Shown: positions 27,717-39,451, numbered from the stretch's first letter. The stretch: DNA of 50,564 nucleotides from a bacterium (GCA_040752695.1 JBFMGO010000034.1:1-50564), one strand, 5' to 3'. The notes: a model not told the origin generated them from the sequence alone. Numbers and translations: made by a program.

Positions 27717-28778
27717 TTAACCCTGCTGACTTCTCGTTTCCACGGTTTTCTCCTGCGCCGGTTCCAGACGGCTTTTGCCCTCCTCAGGTCCCGGCCCTGC
27801 AGCCGTGGCTGGATGGGCATCGACATAAGGCCGTGTGGCATCAACACAAGGCCGTGTGGTATCGACAATTTGAAAAGCCATCTGGTATAGCTCTTGCGTC
27901 TCCTCGCTGTCCGGCGTGTATCTGGCAAATTTCACCAGATCGCACCCGCTTAAAAAATCCGAGATCATGACCTGGTGCCGTGAGGGGATGGGCTGATTCT
28001 CGATTTCCCGGCGCAGTTCCTCGGTCGTCGCCTCAAGGGCATTGATCCGGTACCGGCGGGAAAGATACTGGCGGATAATCTCCGACATCTGAAAATGAAA
28101 CTCCCTGACCTGCCGGTTCTCCTGAAAGGCATCCCAGATCCTTTTCAGGTCCGCACATGCCACCTCATGGGCAGGCAAAGGCACAGGCCCGCCCGCTTTG
28201 AGTCCGGCGGCCCGCTTCTTTCGCCACCACCACCATCCCCAGGCAGTCAGAAGGGCAAGGATAAAGCCCCCTGTGCCCCAAAGCAACACTTTTTTTAAGG
28301 GAGCCCAATCTTTTTTCATCTCGATCGGCCCTGCAATGTCTTTGACATCCACGGCATTTTCAAAAGATACGGTCTTGACACGGATTTCGATCTCTTTGGC
28401 CGAAAGGGTCTTTTCTTCCCCTTCGGGAGTTTTGTATCCGATTTCCACTGAGGGGATATGGTACGTACCTGTATCGTATACAGCTATGATATAGGTGATG
28501 GTCTGAACGGTTTGCCCCTCTTTTTCGGTCGGGCCTGTCATCTGGTAATCGAGGATGTCGAACTCTCCCAGATTGCTTCCGAGCGGCGGTAAAAAGAGCT
28601 CCACCCCTTTTGGCATGGTGACCGAGAGGCTGTAGTGAATGGGATCTCCAATGGTGACCTCGGTCCGGTCCACCTTCGATTCAAGGAGCACCTGCCCGGA
28701 AGAAGCAGCCTGTAAAGGCCGGGCAATGGATATGACGATGAACAAAATGATCAGAAATACCGCCTTCTTATTTCTCAT
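27717..28778 (-). CDS. Bat-operon membrane protein (BatD-like N-domain, TM, DUF4381-like C-domain)
   Basis: VDRTEVTIGDP, KDI...P, TM helix, ALEATTEEL, DLVKFA. Confidence 0.75.
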   Translation of the reverse strand: MRNKKAVFLIILFIVISIARPLQAASSGQVLLESKVDRTEVTIGDPIHYSLSVTMPKGVELFLPPLGSNLGEFDILDYQMTGPTEKEGQTVQTITYIIAVYDTGTYHIPSVEIGYKTPEGEEKTLSAKEIEIRVKTVSFENAVDVKDIAGPIEMKKDWAPLKKVLLWGTGGFILALLTAWGWWWWRKKRAAGLKAGGPVPLPAHEVACADLKRIWDAFQENRQVREFHFQMSEIIRQYLSRRYRINALEATTEELRREIENQPIPSRHQVMISDFLSGCDLVKFARYTPDSEETQELYQMAFQIVDTTRPCVDATRPYVDAHPATAAGPGPEEGKSRLEPAQEKTVETRSQQG

Positions 28779-29811
28779 CTTTTCCCTGCTGAGTAAAAAG
28801 ATAGTCGAAAATCTCTACCTGTTGGGCCTCCAGGGTCTTTTGCAGTAACTCCTGATAGGCACCCTGTTCTTTTTCTTTTCGAAGGTCTGCCTCCACCTGG
28901 GACAGGAGGGCCTGCACACTGCCACTGCCACCTGCTGCTCCAGGCTTATTTCCTTTTCCAACATACCCCTCATAGCGGTCCTTGTGCGCTTCATAATACA
29001 GCCGGCACTCGGCCTCGGAAACCTGGATTTTTGCTTTGATTTCCTCAGAAACAAGCTTTTGAACCATTAATTCCCTGCGCACCCGGTCAAGATCCTCCTG
29101 AATGCCGGAATCCCGGTCGTAGCCTCTTCGAAGCGCGGTTTCATATAAAAGTTCCCTGGCTATGTACTGCTGCAAAAATTGAAGCTGCTCTTTCGGAGAA
29201 TCATACTTTTTTTGCAAGGCAGGGGGAAGTTTCTGAATCTCATCGTGAAGATCCTGGAGGGTAATCAGCCGATCCCCGATCCTGGCTACGATATTGACAG
29301 CCGTGCTTTTCTGCCTGTCCTCATTTTTAAGCGCTGTTGAATTTTTCAAGGTTCTTTGGGCATCGAGCGGGCGCTCCAGCCGCTCCAGGCACTCTACCAG
29401 CCTGCGATTGATTTCAGGGACCAGGGTGTTGTCGGGGGCGAGTTGTTTCACCCGCAGGTACTCGGCCATGGCACCTTCGAAATCGTTGAGTTTCTCACGA
29501 TACAAAGTAGCTATCTGGTAGTGGATATGAGCCCGTTTGTCAGCGTCAAGATCGCTGAGGGAGAGGTAATTCCGATACGCCTCAATAGCCTGTTTATAAA
29601 GCCCCTGCCCCTGAAGCGAGGTTGCATAGTCGCGCTCTTCCTGTGCCCTGTGCCGGACTCCGGGTGATGAGGAGCGGTTTTCTCTTTGGGTGATCTGGAG
29701 CGTAAAAATACCGATCAGGAGAAGAAAGATCAGCAAAGTCAGTGCGTTCGATCGGAGAAATGAAAATCTGGAGCCCTGAGGCTGACCCTGGCCTTGAAGA
29801 TTGGCACTCAT
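28768..29811 (-). CDS. Membrane-anchored TPR + SurA/PrsA N-terminal-like chaperone domain protein
   Basis: TM, TPR-like helices, then VARIGDRLIT...LQQYIARELLYETA...VSEAECRLYYEAHK. No recognisable parvulin catalytic domain. Confidence 0.7.
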   Translation of the reverse strand: MSANLQGQGQPQGSRFSFLRSNALTLLIFLLLIGIFTLQITQRENRSSSPGVRHRAQEERDYATSLQGQGLYKQAIEAYRNYLSLSDLDADKRAHIHYQIATLYREKLNDFEGAMAEYLRVKQLAPDNTLVPEINRRLVECLERLERPLDAQRTLKNSTALKNEDRQKSTAVNIVARIGDRLITLQDLHDEIQKLPPALQKKYDSPKEQLQFLQQYIARELLYETALRRGYDRDSGIQEDLDRVRRELMVQKLVSEEIKAKIQVSEAECRLYYEAHKDRYEGYVGKGNKPGAAGGSGSVQALLSQVEADLRKEKEQGAYQELLQKTLEAQQVEIFDYLFTQQGKDEK

Positions 29812-30686
29812 CGCTGTCTTTTTACCCTTTCCCGGAAAAATTTGTTTAGCTCGTATACATACGGCCTGTCTGTCATTACTTCGATGAAGTCGAGGTTCAT
29901 GGAGCGAAAAAGCTTTTGCCTTTCCGCTTTCTTCTGGTCATTGGTCTTGAAAAAAAGTTCCCTGACCACAGGGTCCGAGGTATCGATCAGGATCTGCTCG
30001 CCTGTTTCGGCATCTTCCAATTCAATGAGACCCACATCGCACAGGTCCACTTCCCTGGGATCGGTAATGGTAACGGCAATCAGGTCATGCTTTTGCAGGG
30101 TGATTTCAAGTGCCTTTTTATAGTCAGGGGAAAAAAAATCGGATACGAGAAAGGCAACACATTTTCGCCTGATAACCTTGTGGAGAAACTCTAAAGCTGC
30201 GGTGATGTTGGTCTGTCTTTCTTTGGGCCGGAAATAGAGCAGTTCACGAATGACTCTCAGGACATGGTTTTTCCCCTTTTTCGGGGGGATATATTTTTCA
30301 ATGGCCTCGGTGAAAATAATAAGGCCTACCCGGTCGTTGTTTTTGATAGCGGAAAAAGCCAAAAGCGCGCAAATCTCAGCGGCTATTTCTCCCTTCATCT
30401 GGCGGATGGTTCCAAAATCGCCCGATGAACTCGCGTCGACCAAGAGCATCACCGTGAGCTCCCGCTCCTCCCGGTACTGCTTGACATGCGGGTGTCTGGT
30501 GCGGGCCGTGACATTCCAGTCTATGGTTCTGATATCATCACCGATCTGGTACTCCCGCACCTCGGCAAAGTCGATCCCCCGGCCCTTAAAGACACTGCGG
30601 TACTCACCGGACAGAAGGTCATTGACCAGACGGTTGGTGTAGATTTCAATATGCCTAATTTTTTCAATGATTTCTTTGGGAAGCAT
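29808..30686 (-). CDS. DUF58 domain protein
   Basis: GEYRSVFKGRG, EVREYQIGDDIRTIDWNVTAR, DASSS, SDF. Confidence 0.92.
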   Translation of the reverse strand: MLPKEIIEKIRHIEIYTNRLVNDLLSGEYRSVFKGRGIDFAEVREYQIGDDIRTIDWNVTARTRHPHVKQYREERELTVMLLVDASSSGDFGTIRQMKGEIAAEICALLAFSAIKNNDRVGLIIFTEAIEKYIPPKKGKNHVLRVIRELLYFRPKERQTNITAALEFLHKVIRRKCVAFLVSDFFSPDYKKALEITLQKHDLIAVTITDPREVDLCDVGLIELEDAETGEQILIDTSDPVVRELFFKTNDQKKAERQKLFRSMNLDFIEVMTDRPYVYELNKFFRERVKRQR

Positions 30687-30695
30687 ACTCTTTTT

Positions 30696-31682
30696 TTATG
30701 GCACTTCGATCTTATCGAAAACCATATGGATGATTGATTCCGACGTGATGTTTTCCGCCTCTGCCTCGTAAGTGACGATAATCCGGTGACGCAGGATGTC
30801 CATCCCTACAGATTTGACGTCCTCGGGTGTGACATAGCCTCTGCGGCGAAGGAAAGCGTGTGCCTTTACTGCCCTGGTAAGATAAATCGTGGCCCTTGGC
30901 GATGCGCCGTATTCGATCAGACCCGATATATCGAGCCCGAACTTTTGGGGCTCGCGGGTGGCAAAAACAAGATCGACGATATAGTCCTTGATCTTGTCAT
31001 CGATGTAAATCTCATTTACGATAGCCCGCGCCCGGATAATGTCCTGTGGTGAAATAACCTGACTGACCGGGATATGGTCATTGGTCACCATCCGGTCCTG
31101 AATCAGCCGCTCTTCCTTTTTGCTGGGATAGGTAAGGTGAACCTTGAACATGAACCGGTCCACCTGCGCCTCGGGAAGAGGATAGGTTCCCTCCTGCTCG
31201 ATCGGGTTCTGGGTGGCCAGAACCAGGAACGGATCTTCCAGAGGATAGGTGCTGTCACCGATCGTGACCTGCCTCTCCTGCATGGCCTCTAAGAGGGCGC
31301 TTTGCACTTTGGCCGGAGCACGGTTGATTTCATCGGCCAGCACAATATTGGTAAAGATGGGCCCCTTCTTGGGGATAAAGCTTCCATCCTTCTGGTTGTA
31401 AACCATCGTCCCGACCAGATCTGCCGGCAAAAGGTCAGGAGTGAACTGGATTCTCTGGAACCTGGTTTTGATGATCCCGGAAAGGGTCTTTATCGACAGC
31501 GTCTTGGCCAGCCCCGGCACTCCTTCCAGCAGGATGTGGCCATTACACAAAAGGCCAAGAAACATCCTCTCCAGCATGTAGCGTTGACCAACGATTACTT
31601 TCTCCAGTTCCTTGAAGACATTCTCGACAAAAGCACTCTCTTCCCGCACCTTTTCATTGATGGCGCGTATATCATAGTCCAC
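30696..31682 (-). CDS. moxR: MoxR-family AAA+ ATPase
   Basis: EGVPGLAKT, RIQFTPDLLPAD, ADEINRAPAKVQSALLEAM, ATQNPIEQEGTYPLPEAQ. Confidence 0.96.
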   Translation of the reverse strand: MDYDIRAINEKVREESAFVENVFKELEKVIVGQRYMLERMFLGLLCNGHILLEGVPGLAKTLSIKTLSGIIKTRFQRIQFTPDLLPADLVGTMVYNQKDGSFIPKKGPIFTNIVLADEINRAPAKVQSALLEAMQERQVTIGDSTYPLEDPFLVLATQNPIEQEGTYPLPEAQVDRFMFKVHLTYPSKKEERLIQDRMVTNDHIPVSQVISPQDIIRARAIVNEIYIDDKIKDYIVDLVFATREPQKFGLDISGLIEYGASPRATIYLTRAVKAHAFLRRRGYVTPEDVKSVGMDILRHRIIVTYEAEAENITSESIIHMVFDKIEVP

Positions 31683-32598
31683 TGTTCTGTCCTCCCTGTA
31701 GAATAAAATCCCTGGTTAGGGTGTAGATTCTATCCATTTCCTCCACTCCTGGTTCATAATGGGCAAATTTAGCCCGATCACAGGTGCAAAGAATCGTATC
31801 GATCCGCCTTTTAAGCTCTTCATCCACCTGAGCGCCGGAGATCTCATCAAGAATCATGAGCGTGGTTTTTCCTGTGGTATTGATCCCATACTTCTTCGCA
31901 AGGTAGCCCTTCAGTGTGGCGGCAATGTGCGTATGATATTCCCGAAGATCACCGCTTTGGCGATACTTTTCTGCCTCACTCAAAAGCTGCAGCGCCTGGT
32001 CCTCGAAAGAGGGTGAAGCCCCGGCCAGAGATGCCAGGCGGGCTTTTCCTTTTTGTTTGATCCTGATGATGAGCACAAGCGGCGTTCCCGCGATGAGCAA
32101 AAGGATCATGAGAGATGCCAGTCCAATGATTTTTTTACTTTTTTTTGAAAAATCAAGATATATTCTCGAAATAGTGATTTCAAGGGCTGCCGAGGTGATC
32201 GTCTTGAGAGGTTCCCCTGGTTCGAGGGCATACTGAACGGTAACCGGCTCAATAACCCCCACTCCGGCATCTTTCCCCTGCAGGGTATAGGTGTACTTTC
32301 TTTGAAGAATCAGTTCCCCTTCCTTTTCCTGTGCCGAACTTACGGTTGCTGTGGCTATGAGGGCCAGGTTATTACTGGTCCGCAAACCGGGAAAGAGTAT
32401 CTCGGCTTTTGTAAATGTGCCGCTCCATTGGATAGTCACCTCTGCCTGGCATATTTCCAGAGGGGCTATTTCCCTTTTATCGATGCTGGCCTTGAGCATT
32501 ACAGTCGAATCTGCACTGTTTCGCGCTCTCGTGACAGTAGTGGATAGGAGCACAAGAACCCAGCCTATGCAAATAATATGGTACCAAGCTCGCTTCAT
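31672..32598 (-). CDS. Second BatD-like/DUF4381-like membrane protein
   Basis: Signal, ASIDK beta domain, TM, GKTT, CDRAKFA. Same architecture as 27717-28778. Confidence 0.7.
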   Translation of the reverse strand: MKRAWYHIICIGWVLVLLSTTVTRARNSADSTVMLKASIDKREIAPLEICQAEVTIQWSGTFTKAEILFPGLRTSNNLALIATATVSSAQEKEGELILQRKYTYTLQGKDAGVGVIEPVTVQYALEPGEPLKTITSAALEITISRIYLDFSKKSKKIIGLASLMILLLIAGTPLVLIIRIKQKGKARLASLAGASPSFEDQALQLLSEAEKYRQSGDLREYHTHIAATLKGYLAKKYGINTTGKTTLMILDEISGAQVDEELKRRIDTILCTCDRAKFAHYEPGVEEMDRIYTLTRDFILQGGQNSGL

Positions 32599-32773
32599 GC
32601 GTTGATTTGAACAATCTTCCTTATGTACTTGTTTTTTTGATAGTTGTTCAGGAGTAACGAAAAAGGGACTTCACGGATTGGACAAAATTCCCTGTAACCC
32701 ATTGGTCCCTTTATCTGTTACGTAAGCAATAGAATTTTCGAATAGTTAACCAATACAAGAAAGATTGGTGTAA

Positions 32774-34240
32774 TTATTTCTCCTTGATAGCAGTGTACAA
32801 AAGATGGTCTTCGCGTTTAATAAGGAGGAGTAAGGTCTTTTTGTTTTTCTTGGCTATTTTCTGAAATTCGGCTACATCCGACACCTTTTGCTTGTTGGCT
32901 TCGATAATGATATCACCTCGGCGGATATTCGCCTCGTCCGCGGCACTTCCCCTGACGACATTGGTGACCAGAACCCCGGTCGTTTCAGAAAGGTTGAAAT
33001 GGTCGGCCAATTCAGGGGTAATATTCTGGAGGCTCATTCCCAATTCGGTTTCTACCGGGCCTTGACCACCTTTTGCCTCCTCGCTTGAGAAGGTTGCGAC
33101 CTCAACCGTTATTACCTTCTTTTTCATATCCCGGATAATTTCCAACTGAACCTTTGTCCCTGGCCGGGTAAGACCGGCGAATCGGGACAAGTCGGTGTAT
33201 TCTCTGATTTCTTTGCCGTTAAAGGAGATAACGACGTCACCCTGTTTGAGTCCTGCTTTTTCTGCCGGGCTTCCATCCACGACCTCGGTTACTAAAGCAC
33301 CCTTATTCTCTTTCAATCCGAAAGACTTGGCCAGGTCAGGAGTGACTTTTTGAATTACCAGTCCCAGCCAGCCTCTGGTGATTTTTCCCTTCTCTTTGAG
33401 TTCCGGAAGTGTTTCTTTGACCATATTGATGGGAATGGCAAACCCGATTCCCTGCCCTTCGGCCGTGATGGCCGTATTGATACCGACAACCTCGCCCCTG
33501 ATGTTGAGCAGCGGGCCTCCGCTATTGCCCGGATTGATCGAAGCATCGGTTTGAATAAATGAATCATAAGGCCCCTGCCCGATCGGTCTCCACTTGGCAC
33601 TCACGATTCCGGCGGTAACCGTATGCTCAAGGCCGAAGGGGTTGCCGATAGCCATGACCCACTCGCCGATTTCCAGGTGGTCGGAATCTCCCATTTCGAC
33701 CACAGGCAGATCTTCCTTAACTTCGATTTTCAAAAGAGCAATATCCATATCCGCATCAGACCCTATGACTTTGGCTTCATATTCGTTTTTCGTGGACAGG
33801 GTAATTTTTATGTCCTCTGCATCCTTTACCACGTGATTATTCGTAAGAATATAGCCATCCTTGCTGATAATGAAGCCGGACCCCAGACTCTTGCGTTTGA
33901 GATCCCCTTTTGGGATGCCGAAAAATTTATTGAAAAAATCGTCGCCGAAAAAATCCCTGAACGGGTCGTTCATCGGCGCGTGGAACTGAAAATTTTTGAC
34001 TACCTGGGTAGAACTGACATAAACGACGGCAGGGTTTGCATCCTTGGCAATTTTAACGAATATATTGCCCGGGATCAAGACTTCCGCCACCGTGGATTCT
34101 TTTGGTTTTCCATTTGATTCAAGCTGCACTGCGGTGCTGTTTTGTGTCCAGTTAAAATGTGAGGCAATCATGATTCCGATGAAAACAGAAATAAGGCTTG
34201 TTACAATGATTACCGGGACAATAAATCTTTTTTTCTCCAT
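32774..34240 (-). CDS. htrA: HtrA/DegP/DegQ serine endoprotease with two PDZ domains
   Basis: GSGFII, TNNHVV, DIALLK, TDASINPGNSGGPL, two PDZ domains. ATG at 34240 has a GGAGG RBS. Confidence 0.95.
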   Translation of the reverse strand: MEKKRFIVPVIIVTSLISVFIGIMIASHFNWTQNSTAVQLESNGKPKESTVAEVLIPGNIFVKIAKDANPAVVYVSSTQVVKNFQFHAPMNDPFRDFFGDDFFNKFFGIPKGDLKRKSLGSGFIISKDGYILTNNHVVKDAEDIKITLSTKNEYEAKVIGSDADMDIALLKIEVKEDLPVVEMGDSDHLEIGEWVMAIGNPFGLEHTVTAGIVSAKWRPIGQGPYDSFIQTDASINPGNSGGPLLNIRGEVVGINTAITAEGQGIGFAIPINMVKETLPELKEKGKITRGWLGLVIQKVTPDLAKSFGLKENKGALVTEVVDGSPAEKAGLKQGDVVISFNGKEIREYTDLSRFAGLTRPGTKVQLEIIRDMKKKVITVEVATFSSEEAKGGQGPVETELGMSLQNITPELADHFNLSETTGVLVTNVVRGSAADEANIRRGDIIIEANKQKVSDVAEFQKIAKKNKKTLLLLIKREDHLLYTAIKEK

Positions 34241-34630
34241 GTATCTTATCTCCCCTCCGTTAAAATTTTTAAGGGATATTTTACTACATTTGGATTTGAT
34301 TATCAATACGTTTATTGCTTTTATTCTCTGTTTTGAAGGGAAAATATGATTTTAAAATACCTTCGATTGTATCGAAGGTTAAGATCCTCATCTCGAAAAG
34401 TAGGTATTTTTTTCGAGAAAAAAGTCCAGAAAGATCGTATTGGGCAAAAAGAAGTATTGATTATGGAAGAAAATGTGCAAAACACATTGGATTTAAAGGG
34501 GGCTTTATCGTAAACCTAAGCTGCATGGGAACACACAAAGATCCTCTTGCTCGGTTTACCAAAAAAGCCCTCTTAAAAATCCAAAGATAAAGAAAGCAAC
34601 ATTACTCAATCAGTCGATAACCTCCCTTAG

Positions 34631-34821
34631 TACAGGTCGCCATAAATACGCGACTGGTTGACCTTGCCTTTTTCGCGGACACCTTTATGAAAAAGTCCGC
34701 CCAACGTCATTCCCGCGAAGGCGGGAATCCAGTTTTTTCAAGGGCTTCTGGCTTCCCGCCTTCGCGGGAATGACGAAGAATTACTACATGCTAACTGGTC
34801 GCGGAATTAAGGCGATCAGTA
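34631..34821. mobile_element. MITE-like 191-bp element containing a dRS3/RPE-type palindrome
   Basis: Imperfect ~29-bp TIRs (TACAGGTCGCC... / ...GGCGATCAGTA) and CTTAG direct repeats at 34626 and 34822. Internal CGTCATTCCCGCGAAGGCGGGAA...TTCCCGCCTTCGCGGGAATGACG at 34705-34775. Confidence 0.7.
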
Positions 34822-34843
34822 CTTAGTTTTTAGTGGCCAAGAC

Positions 34844-35848
34844 CTAAGACTTATTGATAAAGTCCATCAGCGGCGAAATTCTGTTTGGCTGTTTCAGCCG
34901 CTGTAGAGCTTTTTCTTCAATCTGACGGATTCTTTCCCTGGTGAGATGAAAATATTTGCCGATCTCTTCCAGTGTCTGTTCCTTATGGCTTCCGATTCCG
35001 TATCTCATTTCTATGATGGTCTTTTCCCGCTTGGTCAGTGTTTTCAAGACCTTTTGTATTTGCTCTATGAGATTGAAATCAAAGACCATATCCATGGGAG
35101 ATGCGCTGTTTTTATCCTCGATGTAATCGACGATATTATAGTTCCCCAACTCGTCGATAGGAGTTTCCACAGAAATGGGGTTTCTGATGATCCCCACCAG
35201 TTCGTGAATTTTCTGAACCGGAACCCCCATATCCAGTGCGATTTCAGATACGGTAGGTTCCTTTTTCATCTCCTGAGTCAACCTTTGGTGACTTTTCATC
35301 ATGTTTTTGATCGCATCGAGGGTGTGAACCGGTATGCGAATGGTTCGTCCCTTGTCAGCCAGAGCCCTGGTTATGGACTGGCGGATCCACCAGATAGCGT
35401 AGGTGCTGAATTTGCATCCCTTGCGGTGGTCAAATTTTTCCACTGCCTTCATTAACCCGATATTGCCCTCCTGAACGAGATCGAGGAAGGGTAACCCGCT
35501 GTTAATGTATTTTTTGGCAATGCTTACCACCAGGCGCAGGTTGGCTTTGATGAGCAACTCTTTGGCTTTTTCGTCACCAGCGGCAATTTTTTTAGCAAGC
35601 TCAATCTCTTCATCTTTATCTAAAAGGGGGACCTTTCCAATTTCCTTGAGATAGACGCGAACCTGGTTATCAGTTTCCTCGAAAAAACTTGACTCTTCCT
35701 CCTTAGGATCTTCTTCGATATCAGATTCATCCGAAGTATCCCGCAAAGTCTCTTCATCATCGCTTCCAGGGTCGAAATCAATACACTCATCTTCAATACA
35801 GCCAAGGTCTTCTTTAAAAAAGAAACCGTAAGAATTAAATGCTTCCAT
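34844..35848 (-). CDS. sigma70-family sigma factor, RpoD/RpoS-like, no region 1.1
   Basis: Region 1.2 [56 protein letters not shown]...TRERIRQIE. Confidence 0.93.
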   Translation of the reverse strand: MEAFNSYGFFFKEDLGCIEDECIDFDPGSDDEETLRDTSDESDIEEDPKEEESSFFEETDNQVRVYLKEIGKVPLLDKDEEIELAKKIAAGDEKAKELLIKANLRLVVSIAKKYINSGLPFLDLVQEGNIGLMKAVEKFDHRKGCKFSTYAIWWIRQSITRALADKGRTIRIPVHTLDAIKNMMKSHQRLTQEMKKEPTVSEIALDMGVPVQKIHELVGIIRNPISVETPIDELGNYNIVDYIEDKNSASPMDMVFDFNLIEQIQKVLKTLTKREKTIIEMRYGIGSHKEQTLEEIGKYFHLTRERIRQIEEKALQRLKQPNRISPLMDFINKS

Positions 35849-35899
35849 AGTAGCCTTCTCCTCCTCTACTACTTCTCTTTAGATCCCTTTTTTGTCTCT

Positions 35900-36475
35900 T
35901 CATATCCTGGTCTTTTTATAGGTAAACCAGATACGATGGACCACAGTCTGGTGGCAAAGGATCGCTAAAATCCAGATAGTTGGCTTCAAGCAATTGACGA
36001 TCGATCCGGCTGAAAGGACAAGAATCCTTTCCGGCCGTTCCATAAGTCCAACCGTGCACGATCCTATGATATTCTCCGCTCTCGCTTTGGTGTAACTTAT
36101 CATGACAAATCCGGCTGTGGCTATGACACTCAGGAGAACATATAAGATTTGACCGACCCGGGCAAAGGAGATTGTGATTCCACCCATGACGATCAGGTCG
36201 GAATACCGGTCAATCGTTGAATCCCAAAACGCCCCGAATTGAGTGATCTGCCCCCTGGATCTGGCGCAGGCACCATCAAGCAAGTCGAAAAAGCCGGCAG
36301 CCAGAAGGAGAAGTCCTGCAAGTTGAGCTTTTCCTAAACCAAAAACACAACCGCCCACAAGACTAAATATCAATCCGAGACTGGTGATCTGGTTTGGGGT
36401 GATTGCAGGTGGAATTTTCCTGCACATAGGAAGCAAAATTTTATCTGAGGAGGCTTTTACATATTTAGCCAGCAT
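35900..36475 (-). CDS. CDP-alcohol phosphatidyltransferase
   Basis: TPNQIT, DLLDGACAR...G...D...DRYSD signature, GLMERPER. Confidence 0.92.
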   Translation of the reverse strand: MLAKYVKASSDKILLPMCRKIPPAITPNQITSLGLIFSLVGGCVFGLGKAQLAGLLLLAAGFFDLLDGACARSRGQITQFGAFWDSTIDRYSDLIVMGGITISFARVGQILYVLLSVIATAGFVMISYTKARAENIIGSCTVGLMERPERILVLSAGSIVNCLKPTIWILAILCHQTVVHRIWFTYKKTRI

Positions 36476-36830
36476 TTTATCTATCCCTAACCTTGATCCC
36501 TAATCCTATTCCCTTGCCTAACCCACCTTGACAACCCAATTCACTTTATACAGGGATTTCGCAAAAAGCCAAAAAATTATATGTTCATCGACCTCCTGAT
36601 CCCGATTAAGGTTCTTTTGGTAATTCTGGAATCACTTATGCTGAAAAAGAGTAACTAGCCGAAAGACCGCACGCGTTTAACGGTCTTGTTTCATAGCCAG
36701 TTTTCCAGATAAAAAGCAGTGTATCCATTATAACGAAAAATTTTCAATTCGCAAGTTGATTTCTAAATTAATCCTTCCTTAAAGGAAGTTGTTTCTTCAT
36801 AAAATGGGTATTTCTTACTCGACAGAAGAA

Positions 36831-36846
36831 TGCAAAACAATTGCCA
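36831..36846 (-). promoter_or_regulatory. Candidate sigma54 (-24/-12) promoter
   Basis: TGGCAATTGTTTTGCA (GG-N10-GC), facing the phosphatidyltransferase-sigma factor genes. Confidence 0.55.
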
Positions 36847-37206
36847 ATTATCTTCCCTCAGTCACAAAGACCGTAAAAACCTCCTGTCAAAGAGTGCCTT
36901 ATCGCACTCTCAGGGTATGGGAATGGACTGGCGCACCTTGAATTTGCTGGATCTTGGATGAGGTATTTTTTAAGCAGGGGGCGTGCAAAATATGCTTGAC
37001 AAAAGAAAGAAAGAGACGAGAGAATGGGTGATAAGTGTGAAAATTTTTTCTTATCAGGTATTTTATTTGCATTTTCAAAGCACATGATAGTATGGATTTT
37101 TTCACTCCTACATGAATTTTATGCACACTATTTTTATACGCCGTGCTCGGATGCCTTTTTCACTCGCTCGCTTTCGGACCGCGCCCAGGCCGGTGATTGT
37201 CGGGAT

Positions 37207-37254
37207 AAAAGAGAAAACCCCTGCCAGCAAATGCTGGCAGGGGTTTTCTCTTTT
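37207..37254 (-). terminator. Intrinsic terminator of groESL
   Basis: AAAAGAGAAAACCCCTGCCAGCA-AA-TGCTGGCAGGGGTTTTCTCTTTT, a perfect inverted repeat. Confidence 0.88.
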
Positions 37255-37310
37255 CAGATAGAAAGTACCTTTTTAGGGCAATCCTTTGGGTACATGAGTA
37301 CCTCAATGCA

Positions 37311-38957
<1,647 letters not shown>

Positions 38958-38983
38958 TTAAGCGGTTTAAAGGTTCTTTATGG

Positions 38984-39274
38984 TTATTCCTCAATAATTC
39001 CTAAGATATCGTCCTCACGCATGATCAGGTATTCTTCATCGCCGATTTTAACTTCGGTTCCGGCATACTTTCCGAAAAGAACCCGCTGGCCAGCTCTCAC
39101 ATCCAGAGGAACCTTGGTTCCATCCTCTTTAACCTTACCGCCACCTACGGCTATAACTTTACCCTCCATAGGTTTTTCCTTGGCTGTATCCGGGATAATG
39201 ATACCGCCTCGTATCTGTTCACCTACTTCAACGCGCTTTACCAAGATTCTGTCATGCAATGGTCTTATGTTCAT
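38984..39274 (-). CDS. groS: Co-chaperonin GroES
   Basis: [33 protein letters not shown]. Confidence 0.99.
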   Translation of the reverse strand: MNIRPLHDRILVKRVEVGEQIRGGIIIPDTAKEKPMEGKVIAVGGGKVKEDGTKVPLDVRAGQRVLFGKYAGTEVKIGDEEYLIMREDDILGIIEE

Positions 39275-39423
39275 GATTGAGGCTCTCCTTTCTTTTAAAC
39301 GGTAATGATGCTTGTATCGCTTTGGGTTATAGGATTAGCGGTCTTAAGACTATCTTAAAGAAAGACAATCCAGGCGAGAAACCCACCCCCTTTCCTGTCG
39401 TTAAATACGGAACATTCGGATTA

Positions 39424-39450
39424 TTAGCACTCACTTGCGATGAGTGCTAA
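39424..39450. promoter_or_regulatory. CIRCE element (HrcA operator)
   Basis: Perfect TTAGCACTC-N9-GAGTGCTAA. Confidence 0.97.
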
Positions 39451-39451
39451 T

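Noticed and set aside
27820..27866. 21-bp coding repeat (VDxTRP), and the 15-bp MPQG repeat at about 17770-17830
   Set aside because: Ordinary expansions in disordered C-terminal tails.
34844..35848. Primary rpoD
   Set aside because: Short, lacks region 1.1 and has no dnaG context; symbol withheld.
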